DNA of 64,000 bases from Eledone cirrhosa (Eukaryota). The stretch is taken from positions 133,238,001 to 133,302,000 of the forward strand of contig OZ024741.1 in assembly GCA_964016885.1 (NCBI GenBank), in the 5' to 3' direction. The translations under genes and the position numbers were made by a program. Shown one piece after another: positions 57,582 through 64,000 of the stretch (position 1 is the stretch's first letter; each line of letters starts with the position of its first letter). The notes beneath the pieces are model-generated. The model ran no database searches. It had not been told where the DNA came from and worked only from the letters and a program-made list of their open reading frames with translations.

Positions 57582-59302
57582 GTAGTGTTATGGTTTAATC
57601 CCGTGTGATGGCTTTTGCATATGACCTTTGCATATAATCTAAGACTGATAAGATTGGTTACATAATACCCCACCCTAACAGCCACTAAAAGAAGAAGAAA
57701 ACAATAGTAACACACAACTGCAGCCATAGCGAACGCTGCAATTGTGATGGAGAGACACATTCTCAACATAGCTATGACCATACCCGATGACTCAGAAAAT
57801 ACTTCAGCCACTAACAACTAAAGGCTCTGCTTCCACATCTGGAACGGTGCTGCTACTACTCACTATGGCGTCTTATCCCCCCCCCCCCCCCCACACACAC
57901 ACAAAGAAAAGCCGCTTGTCTTTTTTTTTTGTGTGATACGAATTTTACCTAAGGCAATAAAAATACAATATAAAGAAGAAGAAAAGAAAGAGAGAAAATT
58001 AAATAGCGAAAGTAAGGAAAGGGAGAGGAGAGAGTAACAGATTTAACACCCTAGTCAAAGCCGTATATCTCAACTGCACCTCTCAGAGAAAATGGCGAAG
58101 GCATTATCGCGGAGAACAGTCAACGACACCCACTGCACGGAGCACTTTCCTCAGGCGGGATGTACTGTTCCCGATTTTGCGGAGAAAAACGGCAGTTCGA
58201 AAATTGTTACGGAAAGAAAGCTGTCTTTAACTATCTCTCTCCCCCACGTTACGGGCAGCAGTGCCTGGATTTGTTGGTCTGAGGTCACGAAATAACACTC
58301 TCCAGCCTCTGATCCACAAATATGTTCTTTCTTCTCTTTTCATTTACTACAATGGTCTATGCTTCTTGGAGCTTGCTAGTCTCATGCAACCCATAACCTT
58401 AACCCTGGGGTTTGTTAGTCTCATGCCACCCCTAATTCTAACCCCAACCCTGGAGTTTGCTAGTCTCATGCTACCCCAACTCAGACACTCTTATCTCTCC
58501 TCGTAACATCACCCATTTTGTGATCAGACACCATGGCCCTGTGCTAACCACTTTACAGAGTAATTTCTGCCTAGTACATCAAACCTCTAGAACACTTTTC
58601 CTCCTCGTATCTTTCCCAAAGTGTAGACCTATCGATCACCCTAGTCTTGGGAGAGCTTGTGAAGGCCATGGTTATTGCGCCTTCTTCCAGACCTACCAAG
58701 CTAAAAAATAAAAATAAAAATAAAAATAAAAATAAAACGAAAAGACACATGTATTATTTTTGGTAACTTAAACCATTGACCTTCTACTCAGTTCATGTTT
58801 AGGCATCCTCTCCACTACTTTTTATCACATTCCGCAAGTTCATTCACAGCATTCCAGCACACTGATCATTTTCAAGCCAACGAAAATCTCTATCTGAGCA
58901 TTCGACCTGCTAGAAATAGCAACAAAATCCCTCTCAAATCGGACATTACTATATTATTTAGAAAGATGTAAGACACATTGGTGGATGTGAAATTATGACG
59001 GATGGCTAAAGCTGAAAGGCCGTTGAATATAAATTTCAAATCAATCATGGCTAAACAACATCAATAACACCTGTCTATAAGGTTCTCAATCTTTCATAAA
59101 CAAAAGCTAAATCTTCAAATTACACCTTATTGTCTATAAAGAAGAGGGACAATGGATAGTATAATCCTATATACCATTGGTCATGGCCTTTAATCATAGG
59201 TCTGTACAGTCAAAATTGACTTGAAGCAAAACAGCAACAGCGCCATGAAGGTCTAGCTGAGTACTGACATCTCATGGCACACAAATTATATATATATATA
59301 TA

Positions 59303-59445
59303 CTAGCTGTTGAAACGGTAAGAGCTCATCCGTCGAGGTCCCGACTCTTTATAATATATGTATGGCAGCGATAATGAGGGACAGAGACCGCTGGAGAGAA
59401 CTCGTCCATGGATCTCGGGAATTTTACCCGCCTTAGATAGATAGA
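59303..59445 (-). mobile_element. Possible mini-Helitron
   Basis: Minus strand TCTATCTATC...ACGG-atgagctctta-CCGT...CAGCTAG|T, inserted in TA-rich sequence. Confidence 0.45.
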
Positions 59446-59771
59446 TATATATATAGTTCAAAAGGACAAATAAACAAACAAACGCAACAGTCAATAGTAC
59501 ATAGTCACCAATCAATAAAGGTTTAACAAATCTTCCTTGTATTACTATTATTATATGTGTGTGTGTGTGTGTGTGCGCGCAGGGGCATGGAAATACTCGG
59601 TTTGGTGCCCGGTTAGCCTACTGAGAGTGAGAGAGCCCTAGTTCCTGTTAGGACATTATTCTAGGAGAAAAAAAAACTGATGTAAAGCCAGCGACTTGAT
59701 CGCAGCCAGTGATTTTGACACGTTCTTCTTTTTGGATACCTGTCACCGTTGTTCAGAGTGTGGGATGGGTC

Positions 59772-59900
59772 CAGTGCCGGATTTAGGACAAATAAGGTCC
59801 CTTACGTGGGCCCTGAAGGAGGTAAACAATTTTGTTGGCGGGAAGATGTCTCCACCCCTGTGTTTACGCACACCTAAGCACATTGGTAAATCCAGCACTG
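59772..59900. mobile_element. hAT-type MITE, 129 bp
   Basis: TIRs CAGTGCCGGATTTA / TAAATCCAGCACTG with 8-bp TSD GATGGGTC (59764-59771, 59901-59908). Confidence 0.88.
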
Positions 59901-60810
59901 GATGGGTCCAGTGGAGGGCCTTTCTTCACTTAAAAAGGCTTCAAGAACAAGCACCACTTGATCTAAATGACTTTTACGTGTATTTCTTTCGCTGCAGCAT
60001 GCAGAGATGGATCTTAGTTTTTGGAGGGCTAAAAAGTAATCTTCGTGCCACCCATGGCAATTCTTGAAACAGTGATGTAGCCATTATGTATGTATTTATG
60101 TCCTTTGCACTATATTAAGAGATAAGTTTAATGGATAGCACACGAAGAAAAACGAAGAAAAAGATTATTTCCCTCTGAAATCAATGTGAGTGTCTTTCTA
60201 TAATACTAAAACTTCCTCGCATCGGTGCTTGTCTAAAATATATTTTAGATATAAACTGATAAAATTTTAGGGGGTGGGAAGATAAAGGCAGAGAGATAAA
60301 GAGTAGAAAGAAAGGAAAGAGATACAATGATGTGGAAATAGGGCGAATTTAAATTTAAAGTTGTCAACGGTTTGAGAAATCGGCCAGCGATTGGTTTGTT
60401 TGTGAATGTTCATGAAATAGGCGCCAATTACAATGTCACCTTCATATAATAAATATACTACGTTAATTGAAACTTTTAGACTAGTAGATTTGAATTCTAT
60501 TTCAGAATAAATGTAATAATATATCTATTTTTTGTATTTAGAATTATAAACAATTATATGTACGTATGTATACAAAACACACGTACGAATATATATCTTC
60601 TTCGAAGATATATATGTGTATGTTACACATACGTACACATAAAACAATTCAAATATATTCTCTCTCTATATATATATATATGTGTGTGTTCACTTATATA
60701 TATACATGAGTGTGCGTGCGTATATATATATATATATATATATGTGTTCACTTATATATATATATATATACTCACCAGTGTGGGTGCGTATATATATATA
60801 TGTGTGTGTG

Positions 60811-60842
<32 letters not shown>

Positions 60843-61887
60843 AATGGCTTCTATAAGACTAGAGCTGTTTCATTCGAAAGAAATTCTCCTTATGACTTTA
60901 TTTCCATCCAACAATGAAGCTAACTTATTGTCAAATACGTTCCCCTTACATTTTATTTTCAGACAAATAATATTTCACTCTACGTTAATGAACCCTTCTC
61001 TTTAGGGAATTTGGACTTCTATTTCCATGTTATTTTTAGTGAATAAAAAACAACGAAAAATAATCTTTCATTCAAAATTAAAATACGATTAACATTCGCA
61101 GATCTCTTCCCTTACATAGTCACAATGAAGAAGAAAACTGATTATTAATAGTGATAACAGCAATTGATTTAATATACAACCTCCAAAATCATGATTTTCA
61201 CAAAGGCTACGCTGAAATCAACACGTATACATACATATCACCCAAGTTAGCGCTCTATGGGCGTGGTCTAGTAACCCTAATGCAATTCATTAGATTTTTG
61301 CATTAAATGTTTATAAATTCATTAAAAGGCCAGTTTACATTTTTATTTCTAGTCGAATATTTGTTATCACATTTCACAATAAATGTAATTAAATTTGTAT
61401 GTTCAATCATTTTATAGGTTTGAATTTTCTTTAAATGTGTACCAGTTTGATTTGAAATTTAAATATATAAAGGTTCCGTCTTACTAAATCAGAAAGTGAG
61501 ATAGAAAGAGTTAAGTAAAGACGGGGACTAGCCGGGAGGAGGAAAGCAAAATGTAAAAAAGACAAGAGGAGCAGAATTACAGTTGTGTAGCAAAATAATG
61601 AGTGACCGTTAAATTTTGAGTTGGCGCCCGTTTGAGAAAGGAGCAGCGATTGGTTTCGGGTGAACACGTTGAAATTTGGCGCCAATTTCAACGTTATTTA
61701 TGTCGATAACCGTATTCTATGCGATACTATAAACTTGAGATATTCATATTTGTATACTTCTACTTGAAAATATGGATTTGTAGGAAAATTGAAATCTTTG
61801 AGGCAATTTTCTTGTTTCTTAAATAAATATAAAAATGTTTTGTTGTATTTAGTGAATAATATAATTTTTCTTTAGATTTATAATTTA

Positions 61888-61969
<82 letters not shown>

Positions 61970-62057
61970 TTATTTATTTAAATAACAGATTAAAGTTTAA
62001 GCAAAGAATGGCTGCTTTCACCCTTAACAGGATCTTTTGAAACTTTATTATTATTAC

Positions 62058-62088
<31 letters not shown>

Positions 62089-62101
62089 GTATATATATAT
62101 G

Positions 62102-62142
<41 letters not shown>

Positions 62143-62155
62143 ATATATATGTATG

Positions 62156-62186
<31 letters not shown>

Positions 62187-62341
62187 GTATATATATATGT
62201 GTGTATATATATGTGTGTGTATATATATGTATATATATGTATGTATATATGTATATATAAATATATATGTATATATATATATATATGTGTGTATATATAT
62301 ATGTATATATGTATATATATATATGTATGTATATATATATG

Positions 62342-62408
<67 letters not shown>

Positions 62409-62857
62409 GGGTATATATATGTATATATATATGTCTATATATATATGTATGTATCATCATCATCATCGTTTAACGTCCATCTTCCACGCTTGCATGGGTT
62501 TGGACGGGAGTTTTCCCACTTGAGGAAACAGTGGTTGTCTTGCTCGCATAAGACTGTGGCGGGTTTTCTACGGCTGGATGCCCTTCCTAACACCAACCAC
62601 GTTTACAGTATGGACTGGGAGGTTTTTACCGTGTTACCTACACGGCCATATTACAGCGTGGACTGTGTGTTTTTTGTATGTATATATATATATGTATGTA
62701 TATATATATGTATGTACGTATATATATACGTATATATATATATATGTATATATATATACATATATATATATACATACATATAAATATATATATTACCCTA
62801 AGTATTGAGTACTTTGGTGCGTTATGGTCCACCTGGTTCCTTACCACATTTCCTTCG

Positions 62858-62967
<110 letters not shown>

Positions 62968-63025
62968 GTATATATATATATGTATATACATATATATATA
63001 CATATATATACATATATATATATAC

Positions 63026-63073
<48 letters not shown>

Positions 63074-63110
63074 GTAAATATATATATATATATGAATGTA
63101 TATATATGTA

Positions 63111-63210
<100 letters not shown>

Positions 63211-63245
63211 CACATATATATACATACATATATATATGTATATAT

Positions 63246-63673
63246 ATAAACGGAAAAAATGAAACGAAATTTCATTTCCCACTCTTAGTACGGCTGTTAC
63301 TTAAATATAAGTATGTACACGTACATACATATATGTATACGGGACGTACTGTAGTATGTATATATATATACATACATGCACACATATATATATGTACGTA
63401 TGGATTCACCGAACATTTATTATAATGCTCGGTGTGTTTGTAAACAAACATCCCATATCAAGCCGTAGTGTCTAGCAACCATCGTTGCTCGTTTGTTCAA
63501 CACTGACAAAGGAACGCTGTACAAGTTTCAAGCTTATTAGCTATCGTCAGCAACATATACCTTCCTGCCAGATTGTTGAACGTAAATACTTACCTTATGC
63601 ATATTAACGGTTGAGTAGCCCAATTTGCATATCGAGTGGTTTAATCGCCCGGGTGCACCGAAAACGATAAACG
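63246..63673 (-). mobile_element. ~421-bp hammerhead-bearing retrozyme/Penelope-like monomer in (TA)n
   Basis: Uninterrupted copy with 7-nt terminal redundancy ATAAACG (63246-63252, 63667-63673); no ORF; TA microsatellite on both sides. Confidence 0.72.
63514..63556 (-). ncRNA. Minimal type I hammerhead ribozyme with intact catalytic core
   Basis: Minus strand atgttg-CTGACGA-tAGCTaataAGCTt-GAAA-CttG-TA-cagcgt: canonical CUGANGA and GAAA, GUA triplet, 6-bp stem I with two G-U pairs. Confidence 0.78.
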
Positions 63674-63779
63674 ATTTATTTACATATATATTGTATATAT
63701 GTATCTATATATTTGTATATATATATGTATATATGTATATATATATATGTATATATATATATGTATATATACGTGTATA

Positions 63780-63864
<85 letters not shown>

Positions 63865-64000
63865 GTATATATATATATGTATATATATATATATGTATAT
63901 ATATATATGTATATATATATATATGTATATATATATATGTATATATATATACATATATATATATATATGTATATATATATACATATATATATATATATGT

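Noticed and set aside
58090-58710. Possible 3' part (integrase tail, PPT) of the Gypsy element
   Set aside because: Only faint resemblance and no 3' LTR matching the 5' LTR could be identified.

Overview
AT-rich, repeat-dense eukaryotic (metazoan) genomic DNA; the repeat content ((CAT)n-tailed SINEs, RTE LINEs, very long (TA)n tracts) looks like a coleoid cephalopod such as Octopus (inference). Two spliced host genes lie tail-to-tail. Syntenin-1/SDCBP is on the + strand (6 coding exons, 23282-36505, 291 aa, candidate non-coding first exon/promoter near 10950-11025). An alpha-tubulin is on the - strand (3 coding exons, 53388-49693, 450 aa, TATA + TCAGT initiator near 53500-53542). The rest is mobile DNA: two RTE LINE families, CR1 and CRE-like LINE ends, tRNA-derived SINEs, piggyBac-, Tc1/mariner- and hAT-type MITEs, a Gypsy remnant with a tRNA-Trp PBS, a solo LTR, a Helitron deletion derivative and several minisatellites. 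The most interesting signal is a ~421-bp non-coding element embedded in (TA)n that carries a minimal type I hammerhead ribozyme (2053-2095 +, 63514-63556 -). It occurs as a terminally redundant monomer, as head-to-tail junctions and as a fold-back palindrome, i.e. it is retrozyme/Penelope-like. Several unrelated hammerhead-like remnants also sit in (TA)n. Most ORFs in the supplied track are microsatellite or antisense artefacts. All coordinates were read by eye; repeat boundaries are approximate.
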